NCBI GenBank assembly: GCA_963730855.1
Contig: CAVSTK010000010.1
Coordinates: 53,011-117,010 of the forward strand
Direction of reading: 5' to 3'
Length of the DNA stretch: 64,000 nt
Source: an uncultured Actinomycetes bacterium
GTDB taxonomy: Bacteria > Actinomycetota > Actinomycetes > Mycobacteriales > Jatrophihabitantaceae
Shown piece after piece: positions 8,950-18,177 of the stretch. Each line of letters opens with the position of its first letter. Position 1 is the stretch's first letter. The position numbers and the translations under genes are program-made. Below the pieces are notes generated by a model. The model was given only the letters and a program-made list of their open reading frames with translations. It searched no databases and had not been told where the DNA came from.

Positions 8950-10644
8950 TTAATTGACCAGGATCGGCCGGGTGGGTTCGAGGTCGGCGGTTGCGATCTC
9001 GATCCGGTCGCGCCCGCTCCGCTTGGCGACGTAGAGGGCCGAATCGGCCAGCCGCTCCAATCGCTCGGTCGTGGTGGCGTGATCGGGGTAGGAGGCGATG
9101 CCGACGCTGGCGGTGATCGTCAGATCGAGGCCGGTCAGGCGTATCTCGGCGATCGCTGCTCGGATTCGCTCAGCGGTCTGGACGGCACCGGTCGAGTCGG
9201 TGTCGGGTAGCAACACCGCGAACTCCTCGCCACCCGTCCGTCCGGCGAAGTCGCTGTCGCGCAGCGCCGAGCGGATTGCGGCCCCGACGTTGGCCAGCGC
9301 CTGGTCACCGGCCGGGTGCCCGTAGCAGTCGTTGATCTCTTTGAAGTGGTCAAGGTCGAGCACCAGCATGCTCAGCGGTGAAAGCGCGCGTGACGAGTGC
9401 GCCAGCATCCGCTTCAGCGTGTCGCCGATGGCCCGCTTGTTGGGCAGGCCGGTGAGGGAATCGGTCGCGGCCCGCAGTTCGGCGATGGCCAGGTTACGAA
9501 GGTTCGCCAGGACCGGCGCGGCCTGACCGACCGAGTCGCGGATGTGCTGCTGTTCGGACGCGTTGTACTGAGCCGCTCGATTGACCAGAACGGACCCGAT
9601 CACCTCGCCGCCCACGGTCAGCGGGGTGCAGGTCGAATTGCCCGGACAACCGGAGCAGACCGGGCAGCCCATGAGCGCCGGCCGATGGACGTCCTCATGG
9701 TGGGTGCGTCCGGATCGCACGGCCAGGCAGGAGCGGGGTTCGGCATGGGCGAGGCGTGGGATCAGCGGTGACTCGGCGGCCAACGCGGTGACCGCCTCGA
9801 GCCGGTCGGCGCTGTTGTTGCGGTTGAGGACGGTCACGGTGCTGTGGGCGACGATGCGTTGCAGATGGCGTTGCAGCAGCTGGTGCGCCTCATCCTCGTC
9901 CTCGGCCATCTGCAGGGTGTCGGCAAACTCGATCTGGTCTTCGCCGGGCTCGACCGCGCGCCGCAATCGGCGTGTTGCCAGCCACCCGAGGCCGATGGTG
10001 GCCAGAACCGCGACCGCGACGGCGCCGGCGATGACCCACCGGGCCCGCTCGCTGTCGGCCGAGGCGCCGGCCTGGTCAGCGCGACCGTCACTGTTCTCGC
10101 GGTCGATCAACGCGACGATCTCGTTGGTCAAGGGGTGGTACGCGGCGCTGAGCCGGTTGGCCAGATCGGGATCGGCCCCAGCCGCAGGCGTGGCGATTGA
10201 GGCGGGGCTGAGTAGGTTGCGTAAGGTCGACCACTGGTCGGACACCGTCGTGATAGCGGCCAGTTCGGCCGGCGCGTCATCGGCGTGGATCCGCTGCAAG
10301 GCGCCGAGGGCCGCCTCGGCGTCCGGGATCTGCTGGTTGTATAGCGTCGTGGCCAGTTCGGTCCGCGCATCGGTCGACGCCGTCAGGGCCAGTGCCTGGC
10401 CGGCCGAATAAACCACACCGAGTTTTTCACCGAACTGCGCCGTGACGGTCGCGGTCGCCAATTCGTCCCGCGTGATCGAATTGCCGGTACTGGTGGCCGA
10501 GCCGACCGCGAGGACGCCGAGGGTGCCGATGGCAGCGGCGACGACGGCGAAGAAGACGCATGCCCAGATGACGCCGATTCCGAGGCGGGCGGAAAGGCTG
10601 CGCACTGTCGTCCTCCGTCCCGGTGGGCCTGATCGACGCGGCAA
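8950..10644 (-). CDS. Membrane sensor diguanylate cyclase (TM, periplasmic region, Cys-rich GAF-like domain, GGDEF)
   Basis: C-terminus: DSLTGLPNKRA...LVLDLDHFKEINDCYGHPAGDQAL...RTGGEEFAVLL...SVGIASYP...ADSALYVAKRSGRDR. An N-terminal hydrophobic helix is present. Confidence 0.9.
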   Translation of the reverse strand: MPRRSGPPGRRTTVRSLSARLGIGVIWACVFFAVVAAAIGTLGVLAVGSATSTGNSITRDELATATVTAQFGEKLGVVYSAGQALALTASTDARTELATTLYNQQIPDAEAALGALQRIHADDAPAELAAITTVSDQWSTLRNLLSPASIATPAAGADPDLANRLSAAYHPLTNEIVALIDRENSDGRADQAGASADSERARWVIAGAVAVAVLATIGLGWLATRRLRRAVEPGEDQIEFADTLQMAEDEDEAHQLLQRHLQRIVAHSTVTVLNRNNSADRLEAVTALAAESPLIPRLAHAEPRSCLAVRSGRTHHEDVHRPALMGCPVCSGCPGNSTCTPLTVGGEVIGSVLVNRAAQYNASEQQHIRDSVGQAAPVLANLRNLAIAELRAATDSLTGLPNKRAIGDTLKRMLAHSSRALSPLSMLVLDLDHFKEINDCYGHPAGDQALANVGAAIRSALRDSDFAGRTGGEEFAVLLPDTDSTGAVQTAERIRAAIAEIRLTGLDLTITASVGIASYPDHATTTERLERLADSALYVAKRSGRDRIEIATADLEPTRPILVN

Positions 10645-10793
10645 CCAGTCACACCGTCAATTTCTCCATCGGCGGCGATCAGGGGAACTTGATGGCACGG
10701 ACGGGCCAATTCACTGATTTGGCTCTCAATTCGGACAATATTGCCTCAGATAACGTTGGTGAACCGTTACGCCGAGTTCGAGGGGATCGTTTC

Positions 10794-11855
10794 ATGACCG
10801 ACGCGGTCGATCAGCACGCGCAGCCGGACTTCGGTCGCCGAATGGTTGATTTCTATACCGGTGCGGTGGTCACCCAATTGGTTGACGTCGGCACCCGCAC
10901 CGGCCTGTTCGACGCCGCGGCGATCGGCGCGGCCACCAGCGCAGAGCTGGCCGAGCGCGCCGGACTGGCCGAGCGGTATGTGCGCGAATGGCTCGGCGTC
11001 ATGGTCGCGGCCGGCATCGTCGACTACGACCCGTCCGCCGGCACCTTCGAGCTGCCTCCGGAACACGCCGAGCTGCTGACCGGGACGGGCTCGCGCAACG
11101 TAGCGCCCATGAGCCAGATGCTGGGCGGCTTCAGCAAGCATCTGAACGCGTTGACCGAGGCATTCCGTCACGGCGGCGGGGTGCCCTATTCCGAGTTCCG
11201 TCCCGAGTTCACCCAGCGGATGGATGACGTCTGGCGGCGGATCTATGACGAACGGCTCCTCGACGGATTTCTGAGCGAGGTGCCGGGGCTGACCGAGCGA
11301 CTGGCGGCCGGCGTGTCGGTGGCCGACATCGGCTGCGGCACCGGTCACGCGGCCAACTTGATGGCGCAGGCTTATCCCGCCTCGTCGTTCGTGGGCTATG
11401 ACCTCGGCGCCGACGCGATCGCCACCGCGCAGGCCCAGGCGGCGGCTATGGGGCTGAACAACGTCCGGTTCGAGACGTTGGATCTGTGCACGCTGCACGT
11501 CGAGCGTCCTTTCGATGTGATCACCGGCTTCGACGTGATTCACGACCAGGCCGATCCCGTCACCGTGCTCGACCGGGTGCGGGCGGCCCTGGCGGACGAT
11601 GGCACCTTCGTGCTCATCGATTTCAAGTTCTCGAGCAAGCTCGAGGCCAACATCGGCAATCCGTTCGCGGCCCTCTACTACGGGATCAGCACGATGCACT
11701 GCATGACGGTCTCGCTAGCCGAGGGCGGCGCCGGTCTGGGCACGGTATGGGGCGTCGAACTCGCCGAGTCGATGTTGCACGACGCCGGGTTCCGTGAGGT
11801 CGAGGTCCTCGACTCGCCCCGTCCGCAGAACTGCATCTACATCTGCCGACCGTGA
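10794..11855 (+). CDS. Class I SAM-dependent methyltransferase with an N-terminal winged-helix-like domain
   Basis: ATG at 10794 preceded by aggggatcgtttc. Motif I is VADIGCGTGHAANLMA and post-I is VGYDLG. The track ORF 10623.. is probably over-extended at its 5' end. Confidence 0.85.
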   Translation: MTDAVDQHAQPDFGRRMVDFYTGAVVTQLVDVGTRTGLFDAAAIGAATSAELAERAGLAERYVREWLGVMVAAGIVDYDPSAGTFELPPEHAELLTGTGSRNVAPMSQMLGGFSKHLNALTEAFRHGGGVPYSEFRPEFTQRMDDVWRRIYDERLLDGFLSEVPGLTERLAAGVSVADIGCGTGHAANLMAQAYPASSFVGYDLGADAIATAQAQAAAMGLNNVRFETLDLCTLHVERPFDVITGFDVIHDQADPVTVLDRVRAALADDGTFVLIDFKFSSKLEANIGNPFAALYYGISTMHCMTVSLAEGGAGLGTVWGVELAESMLHDAGFREVEVLDSPRPQNCIYICRP

Positions 11856-11858
11856 GCG

Positions 11859-14468
11859 TCACCGGGCGTCACTCAAGGCGTCCGGCAGATCGTGACGACC
11901 GGTAACGGCCAGCTTGCGGTAGGCCCTGGTCAGGTGGTTCTGCACGGTGCGGACCGAAATCTGCAGCCGGGACGCGATGGCGGCGTCCGGTTCGCCGGCC
12001 GCTGCCATCAGCGCGACCTCCTGCTCTCTGGGGGTGAGCATCTCGGCGCTACGGAATCCGCTCGCCCACGGGATGGACGCGTTCTCGCAGCGCGCATGCA
12101 GCCCGGTCGCGAGGACGGCGGCCGCGGCGGCCGCCCGCCCAGCCCCGATCTTGCGATGAGCGCGAGCAGCGGCGTACGCGGCCTCGGCGGAGTACAGCAG
12201 CGCGCCGAGGTGTTCGAACTGACCACTGACCGCCAGCAGCGCAGCCGGGTCGCCGTCCACCCGGGCTCGGGCGTGATCTGCCAGGCATCGAAACAAAGGT
12301 CCGTCGGTGCGGTCCGCGACCGCCGCGAGCAACGCTGCCCCCTCGGTCGATTCGGTGTAGCGGACCGCGTCATGCGCGGCGATCGCCAGCGTGGCCAGTT
12401 GGCCGAGCGAGCCGGCGTGGCGGGCGGCCGACAATGCCCGGTCGGTGGCGGCGGCGAAGTCGCGGTCCGCGGCCAGGAGCGCGGCTTCGGCGATCAGCCA
12501 GTCCGCCTCGAAGAGGGGGAAGCGCGGTCCGTCGATGCTCGGATGAAGCGCCTGCCGCGCCTCTTCGACATATCCAGCTGCCGCGGCCCCGCGAGCTAGC
12601 CAGGACAGGTTGTAGCGCAGGAACTGCTCGTCCAACCGATTTAGGGATCCGACGGTGATCCGGAAGTACCGAGTAGCCGTGCGAGCCTGGCCGCGGATCA
12701 GTGCCGCCACGCCGAGACCGGACGCCCCCCGGGGTCGCAGCCACTCGTCGTCCTCGGCCAGGGCACGGTCATACAGCTCCTGCCCGATGGCTTCGGCCGC
12801 CTCGAGGCGACCGCTCTCGGCCAGGCCGATGCTCGCCGCGACCATGAGGTTGCCCAGACCCCAAGGTATTGCCGTTCGGGCGCCTTCCGCGATCGGCTTG
12901 ACCTCCTGCAGCACCCGCGCCGCGGTGCCGGGGTCGCCCGTGAATACGGTCCCGGCGATGAGGGTGTTGGCGGCCATCGTGCGGGTCACCGGATCAGCGC
13001 CGCGGTCGGCGGACAGCGCGCTCACGACCTCGTTGGCCTCATCGATGCGACCGTCCAGCATGAGGGCCTGTCCGTAGATCGCTTGCAGTTGGCCGGAGTC
13101 GGCCGCAGTCACCTCGGCGCCGATGATCATCGCGATCACGTTGCTGAGCTCGCCCAATCGGGTTCGTCCGAGCGCCTTGCCATAGGTGACGGCCTGGCGC
13201 TCGGCAACTGACAAGGAACCGCGTTCGAGATCGTCGAACAGGGTGTCGGCCTCGGCCACCCGACCCTGGATAACGAGGAGTTCGGCCAGCAGCAACGTGG
13301 CGTCGACCGGTCGGTCCGCGGCGAGCGCCATCTGGGCCAACCGCTCAGCGGTGGACGGACTCATCGCGCGCGCCGACCGGGCGGCCGCGAGCAGCTCGAC
13401 GCTGTCGACCGCATCCCCGATCTCGATGCGCCAAACGACAGAACGAAGCAGGTCGTGCGAGTTCGGTGATTCGGACCGGTTGAAGGCCGTGACCAGCGCT
13501 CGCCGCAGCCGGCGAAGACGCAATGGTGCGATGTCGCCTCGCAGGACGTCGCCGTAGAGGGGATGACGCAGCGTGAGGACCGCCACGGCCGGCGAATCGA
13601 CCAGGGTGACGACTCGCTTGGCCTCCAGTGCCTCGAGCACGGCTGGATCGATGATCGTTTCGGCGATCTCAAGCCGAAGCGGCTCGGCGATCGCGATCAG
13701 CTCGGCGCCCTGGAGCTCAACCGGATCGAGCGCGGCCAGACTGCCGCGGATCATGTCGGCCGCGCCGGAGCCGAGCGGCAGCTCGCCGGTCAGTCGCCAC
13801 ACCCGTTGTCCACGCCCGATTGCCCCGGAGTCGAGGCCGGCGCGGACCAACTCGCGCAAGAGTAGGGCGTTGCCCGCGGACCGGTTGATCAGCAGTCGAG
13901 TGAGCCGATCGTCGACATCGCCGCCGAGAACGACTTCGAGCAGCCGGCGGACATCCGGTTCGGCCAGCGGCGCAAGGTCGAGCCGATCGCACGATCCGCC
14001 CGTCCAGAGTCGGGTCACCCGATCGGGCACCGGTTCGCCGGCGCGAACAGACGCCACGACCTGGTTACGCGGCTGCCGCGCCAACCCCCAGAGCAGGTCG
14101 GCCGAGTCGTCGTCGAGTAGATGCGCGTCGTCGACGACCAGCGTCTGGCCCTGAGCCCGCGCCGTCAGCTGGCGCAGCGGAAAGTCCAACCGACCACTAC
14201 AGAAAATCAACTGAGAACGCTCACCTCGGTCCAGCAGCCGTCGGTGCACTTCGCCGACCAATGCACTCTTGCCGAGCCCCGCCTCGCCGACGACGACGGT
14301 TCCGACCCCGCGCCTCAGCGCGCCCAGGACGGAGGTTAATTCGGATTCGCGTCCGATAACCGGCCACGCCGCCGAACCAGCTGCTGGCGCGGGCTTCGTC
14401 ATTTCCGCCAGCGTAGACGCGATAGCTGAGTAGTCCAGGGCGCGCAACTGAGTAGTCGCAGCACTCAT
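11859..14468 (-). CDS. Large ATP-binding LuxR-family regulator (LAL/MalT-like)
   Basis: Walker A VVGEAGLGKSALVGE, a long TPR-like middle region, and a C-terminal LuxR HTH: LTPREQEVALMAAAGEPDAAIASRLQISVRTVQNHLTRAYRKL. Confidence 0.9.
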   Translation of the reverse strand: MSAATTQLRALDYSAIASTLAEMTKPAPAAGSAAWPVIGRESELTSVLGALRRGVGTVVVGEAGLGKSALVGEVHRRLLDRGERSQLIFCSGRLDFPLRQLTARAQGQTLVVDDAHLLDDDSADLLWGLARQPRNQVVASVRAGEPVPDRVTRLWTGGSCDRLDLAPLAEPDVRRLLEVVLGGDVDDRLTRLLINRSAGNALLLRELVRAGLDSGAIGRGQRVWRLTGELPLGSGAADMIRGSLAALDPVELQGAELIAIAEPLRLEIAETIIDPAVLEALEAKRVVTLVDSPAVAVLTLRHPLYGDVLRGDIAPLRLRRLRRALVTAFNRSESPNSHDLLRSVVWRIEIGDAVDSVELLAAARSARAMSPSTAERLAQMALAADRPVDATLLLAELLVIQGRVAEADTLFDDLERGSLSVAERQAVTYGKALGRTRLGELSNVIAMIIGAEVTAADSGQLQAIYGQALMLDGRIDEANEVVSALSADRGADPVTRTMAANTLIAGTVFTGDPGTAARVLQEVKPIAEGARTAIPWGLGNLMVAASIGLAESGRLEAAEAIGQELYDRALAEDDEWLRPRGASGLGVAALIRGQARTATRYFRITVGSLNRLDEQFLRYNLSWLARGAAAAGYVEEARQALHPSIDGPRFPLFEADWLIAEAALLAADRDFAAATDRALSAARHAGSLGQLATLAIAAHDAVRYTESTEGAALLAAVADRTDGPLFRCLADHARARVDGDPAALLAVSGQFEHLGALLYSAEAAYAAARAHRKIGAGRAAAAAAVLATGLHARCENASIPWASGFRSAEMLTPREQEVALMAAAGEPDAAIASRLQISVRTVQNHLTRAYRKLAVTGRHDLPDALSDAR

Positions 14469-14498
14469 GCATCGGACGGGCGATCAAGAAATGATCAT

Positions 14499-14530
14499 GG
14501 TGCGTCACTCGCGGGGGTGGGTGACGCACC
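14499..14530. promoter_or_regulatory. Perfect 10-bp inverted repeat (ggtgcgtcac N12 gtgacgcacc) in the divergent LuxR/lipoprotein intergenic region
   Basis: Read directly from the sequence. An ATGATCAT palindrome lies immediately upstream (14491-14498). Confidence 0.4.
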
Positions 14531-14589
14531 ATTCCGGATCGAACTGGTCATTTACGTCCAGCTTCAGAAGAGCGCTTCAGGAGAGCTAC

Positions 14590-15579
14590 GTGAACAACCT
14601 GCGCCGGATCGCCGTCGCCATCTGCGCGCTGACACTGCCGTTGATCGTCCTGACTGGGTGCTCCGGCAGCAGCACGAAGTTCTCGCCGCCGACCGGCTCG
14701 AACGGGGTCGGCGCAGGTGCTGCGGGCAGTGCTGCCGCTGCGCTTTCCAGCGCCCTGAACGAGCTCACCGGAGCGCCGACCAGTGCGTCCACCGGTGCTC
14801 TCAGCCAGATCAAGCTGCGAATCGTCAACCTCTTCGCTCCCAACAAGACGCCGGGACCGGCGATCGACATCTACGACGTGCAGCTCACCGGCGAGAAGGC
14901 GACCCCGATCGCCACCGACGTTGCCTACGGTGGCGTGTCGTCGTACTTCAGTCCGCATGTCGAGGGCAGCTCGTCGGTCTTCGCACTTGTAGCGCTGCCG
15001 GCCGGTGAGGATCCGGTCGCCGACAAGGGCGACGCGCAAGGTCTAGGTGGGGCTCAGGACGACGGGTCGCATCCGCAGCTGACCTGGTTGTTGACCGCTG
15101 ATACCGGCGCGACCTTGTCGGGTGGGCCGCTCGGCGGGTTGAGCTTCAGCGTGAAGGTCGAGAAGGGCACCAACAATGGGGACAAGGCCCCGCTGGCCCC
15201 CGCGCCGCCCTCGGGCCAGGGCGAGATCATGGTCGACACGCAGGCGGTGGCCGACGCCACGATCGGCATCTACCTGATGATCGACGATTCGTGCACGCCA
15301 CCGCTCAACGGCGATCCGTTGAGCCCGGGTCTGCCGTACGCGTTTGCCGCCGATGGTCAGGCCCCGGTCTCGAGCTACGCGCTCTTCGCAACAACGCCCG
15401 GCAGTCATCAGGTGTCGGTGGTCGGGTGGACGGACTCAACCGCGCCGACGTGCGCCCAGCTGACCGCCCGCCAGGCCTTAACGACCGTGCAGGTGAGCGA
15501 TGGCCAACAGATCGAGGCCTATGTGTATGGAGCGTCGAGCACCGACCTGCATCTCGCGCTCGCCCCGATCACGTCCTGA
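14590..15579 (+). CDS. Secreted lipoprotein, DUF4397-like
   Basis: GTG at 14590 after caggagag. Signal peptide with lipobox LIVLTGC. The segment IKLRIVNLFAPNKTPGPAIDIYDV...VAYGGVSSYF resembles DUF4397 repeats. Confidence 0.6.
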   Translation: MNNLRRIAVAICALTLPLIVLTGCSGSSTKFSPPTGSNGVGAGAAGSAAAALSSALNELTGAPTSASTGALSQIKLRIVNLFAPNKTPGPAIDIYDVQLTGEKATPIATDVAYGGVSSYFSPHVEGSSSVFALVALPAGEDPVADKGDAQGLGGAQDDGSHPQLTWLLTADTGATLSGGPLGGLSFSVKVEKGTNNGDKAPLAPAPPSGQGEIMVDTQAVADATIGIYLMIDDSCTPPLNGDPLSPGLPYAFAADGQAPVSSYALFATTPGSHQVSVVGWTDSTAPTCAQLTARQALTTVQVSDGQQIEAYVYGASSTDLHLALAPITS

Positions 15580-15582
15580 TCC

Positions 15583-16362
15583 TCAGCGCCGGTCGATGAG
15601 CGCCTGAACTCCGTCGAGGATCCGGTCGACGCCGAAGAGGAACTCCTCGTGCTCATCAAAGCCGGACGGGCCGTCGCCGATCCCGTCCGCCCAGGCAATC
15701 CCGTGCAGCAGCGGATAGGTGTCTTCGTCGACAAGTAGCCGAAGCAACGCCTCGAAACTGGGCGGAGCGGCGTCGGCCGAGGTCGTCGGAGCGTTCCCGT
15801 GGGCGGCGCGGGCCGCCCGAGCCGCGCGGGCGGCATCATGCGCCATTCGAGCTTCGCTCAGGGTGTACGAGCTGAGCAGGCCGATCACCCGGAGCTTGTC
15901 GATGTCGGCCAGCCCGGTTCCGGTCAGGGCGGCGAGACCGTGTTCGACGAACGTCAGCGAGTTCGGGGCGAGCGGGGGAGCGGCCATCGGCATCTGGGTG
16001 ATCCACGGATGACGATCGATCATCTCGCGCTGCACGATCGACCACATCCGCAGTCGGGCCCGCCAGTCGTCGCCGACCAGGACCAGGTCCTCGGCGCCGC
16101 GCGCGCTCGCGTTCCACATCAGCTGCAGCAGCTCGTCCTTGCTCGCGATGTGCCGGTACAGCGACATCGGTGTGAAGCCGAGGTCCTTGGCGACGCGCGC
16201 CATCGAGACCGCGTCCAGTCCCTCGTCGTCGGCGATCGCAACCGCGGCGTCGATGATCGCGTCCACGGACAGGCCCGGCTTCGGTCCGCGCTGGCCGCGT
16301 CCGCGGCGTCCCCAGAGCAGGTCGAGGCCGGGCGGTAGCGGCACCGTCTCGTCGCTATCCAT
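15583..16362 (-). CDS. TetR-family transcriptional regulator
   Basis: HTH segment: LSVDAIIDAAVAIADDEGLDAVSMARVAKDLGFTPMSLYRHIASKDELL. Confidence 0.9.
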   Translation of the reverse strand: MDSDETVPLPPGLDLLWGRRGRGQRGPKPGLSVDAIIDAAVAIADDEGLDAVSMARVAKDLGFTPMSLYRHIASKDELLQLMWNASARGAEDLVLVGDDWRARLRMWSIVQREMIDRHPWITQMPMAAPPLAPNSLTFVEHGLAALTGTGLADIDKLRVIGLLSSYTLSEARMAHDAARAARAARAAHGNAPTTSADAAPPSFEALLRLLVDEDTYPLLHGIAWADGIGDGPSGFDEHEEFLFGVDRILDGVQALIDRR

Positions 16363-16390
16363 GCCCGCCCTCCCTCGTCGAACCTGGTGA

Positions 16391-16419
16391 TTGACTGCTT
16401 CTGTTTAGCATGTATACAG
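16391..16419 (+). promoter_or_regulatory. Sigma-70-like promoter (TTGACT N17 TATACA) placed to give a leaderless transcript at ATG 16427; overlapped by the TGTATACA palindrome, a candidate TetR operator
   Basis: ttgact at 16391-16396, 17-nt spacer, tataca at 16414-16419. No SD precedes the ATG. Similar 11-mers catgtatacag and gacgtacacag flank the start. Confidence 0.5.
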
Positions 16420-16426
16420 TAAGTAT

Positions 16427-17386
16427 ATGACGTACACAGTTATTGCCTCGGGCATCTGCAAATCGTTCGGCGACGTCGTCGTACTCGATCACGTCGACCT
16501 CGCCATCCCGACCGGTTCGGTATTCGCGCTGCTGGGACCGAACGGCGCCGGCAAGACCACGATGGTCCGCATCCTGGCCACGCTGGTGGCGCCGGATGCG
16601 GGCACGGCCACGATCGCCGGCCATGATCTGCGGACGGACGCCCGCGGGGTCAAGCGATCGATCAGCCTGACCGGTCAGTACGCCGCCGTCGACACCGTGC
16701 TGACCGGGCGCGAGAACCTGCAGATGATGGGGGAGTTGCGACACCTGTCGCGCCGCCAGGCCGCCGCGCGTGCGGTCGAGCTGCTGGCCGAGTTCGATCT
16801 GCTCGATGCGGCCGATCGCCGCGTCAGTACCTACTCGGGCGGCATGCAGCGCCGACTCGACCTCGCGATCAGCACGATCGAACGTCCTGCGCTGCTGTTC
16901 CTCGACGAGCCCACGACCGGACTCGATCCGCGCGGTCGCGAGCAGCTCTGGAACACGGTGCGGGCCATCGTCGCCGACGGCGTGACCGTGCTGCTCACGA
17001 CCCAGTACCTCGACGAGGCCGACCAGCTGGCCAACACCGTCGCGGTGCTCGGCCGCGGACGGGTCATCGCGCAAGGAACCCCGGATGAACTCAAGGCCAG
17101 CGTCGGCGTCGAGGTGGTTCGGCTGAGGTTCGGTGACGCGAGGAGTTACGAGCGGGCCAGCCGCTGCGTCGAGGTCGCCGGGCGGGACGAGCAGCTGCGC
17201 ACGATCGATGTGGCCACCGACGGCTCGGCCGACGACGTGCTGGGTCTGCTGCGGCGGCTCGACGAGGCCGCCGCTCCGGCCCTGACCGTCTCGACGCACC
17301 GACCCAGTCTCGACGACGTCTTCATGGCCCTTACCGGCGACACGAGCAATTTCGCCCCCAACCATTCCAAGGAGGTGGCCCGATGA
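16427..17386 (+). CDS. ABC transporter ATP-binding protein (DrrA-like, ABC-2 exporter)
   Basis: Walker A GPNGAGKTT, signature YSGGMQRRL, Walker B LLFLDEPTTGLD. Confidence 0.95.
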   Translation: MTYTVIASGICKSFGDVVVLDHVDLAIPTGSVFALLGPNGAGKTTMVRILATLVAPDAGTATIAGHDLRTDARGVKRSISLTGQYAAVDTVLTGRENLQMMGELRHLSRRQAAARAVELLAEFDLLDAADRRVSTYSGGMQRRLDLAISTIERPALLFLDEPTTGLDPRGREQLWNTVRAIVADGVTVLLTTQYLDEADQLANTVAVLGRGRVIAQGTPDELKASVGVEVVRLRFGDARSYERASRCVEVAGRDEQLRTIDVATDGSADDVLGLLRRLDEAAAPALTVSTHRPSLDDVFMALTGDTSNFAPNHSKEVAR

Positions 17387-18162
17387 GCCCCAGCTATGCA
17401 TTGATCGAGTCGCGCGTGATGGCGCAGCGCGGTGTGCGGCGGTCCTTTCGAGACCCCGAGGCGTTCTTCACCGCGCTGATGCTGCCGGTCGTCCTCATGC
17501 TGCTCTTTGTCTATGTCTTCGGCGGCGCGCTGAACACCGGCGGTTCCTACGTCGACTACGTCGTGCCCGGCCTGATCGTGCTCTGTGCCGGCTTCGGCGC
17601 CGGGACGACCGCGGTGGCGGTGGCCACCGATATGAGCACCGGCATCGTCGACCGGTTCCGCTCGATGCCGATCTTCGGCCCGTCTGTCCTGATCGGGCAG
17701 GTGGTCGCCAGCCTCGCCCGCAACCTGATCGCCACCACGCTGGTGATCGGGGTCGGGCTCACGATCGGCTGGCGACCGGACGCCTCGCCCCTTGATTGGA
17801 TCGCCGCGGCGGCGATGATCGTGCTGTTCATCCTGGCGCTGTCGGGACTGGCCGCCGCCGTCGGCCTGCTCGCCCGCAGCGCCGAGGCGGCCAACTCGTT
17901 CACCATCGTGCTGATGTTCATCCCCTATGTCAGCACCGCCTTCGTCCCGGCCAGGACGATGCCGGTCGTGCTACGCGGATTCGCCGAGCACCAGCCGTTC
18001 ACGCCCGTCGTCGAGACGATGCGCGGGCTCTGGATGGGACGCACCTCGACCGGTGCATCGATCGCGCATGAAGGAACGCTCGCCATCATCTACTGCACGG
18101 TAATCCTCGTGATCTCGCTGGTTGGTTCCTCGTGGCTATACCGCAATCGGACGGCCAACTGA
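17383..18162 (+). CDS. ABC-2 type transporter permease (DrrB-like)
   Basis: ATGA overlap with the ATPase gene. Six predicted hydrophobic helices; typical ABC-2 permease length. Confidence 0.9.
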   Translation: MSPSYALIESRVMAQRGVRRSFRDPEAFFTALMLPVVLMLLFVYVFGGALNTGGSYVDYVVPGLIVLCAGFGAGTTAVAVATDMSTGIVDRFRSMPIFGPSVLIGQVVASLARNLIATTLVIGVGLTIGWRPDASPLDWIAAAAMIVLFILALSGLAAAVGLLARSAEAANSFTIVLMFIPYVSTAFVPARTMPVVLRGFAEHQPFTPVVETMRGLWMGRTSTGASIAHEGTLAIIYCTVILVISLVGSSWLYRNRTAN

Positions 18163-18177
18163 GCCTCACGCACAGGT

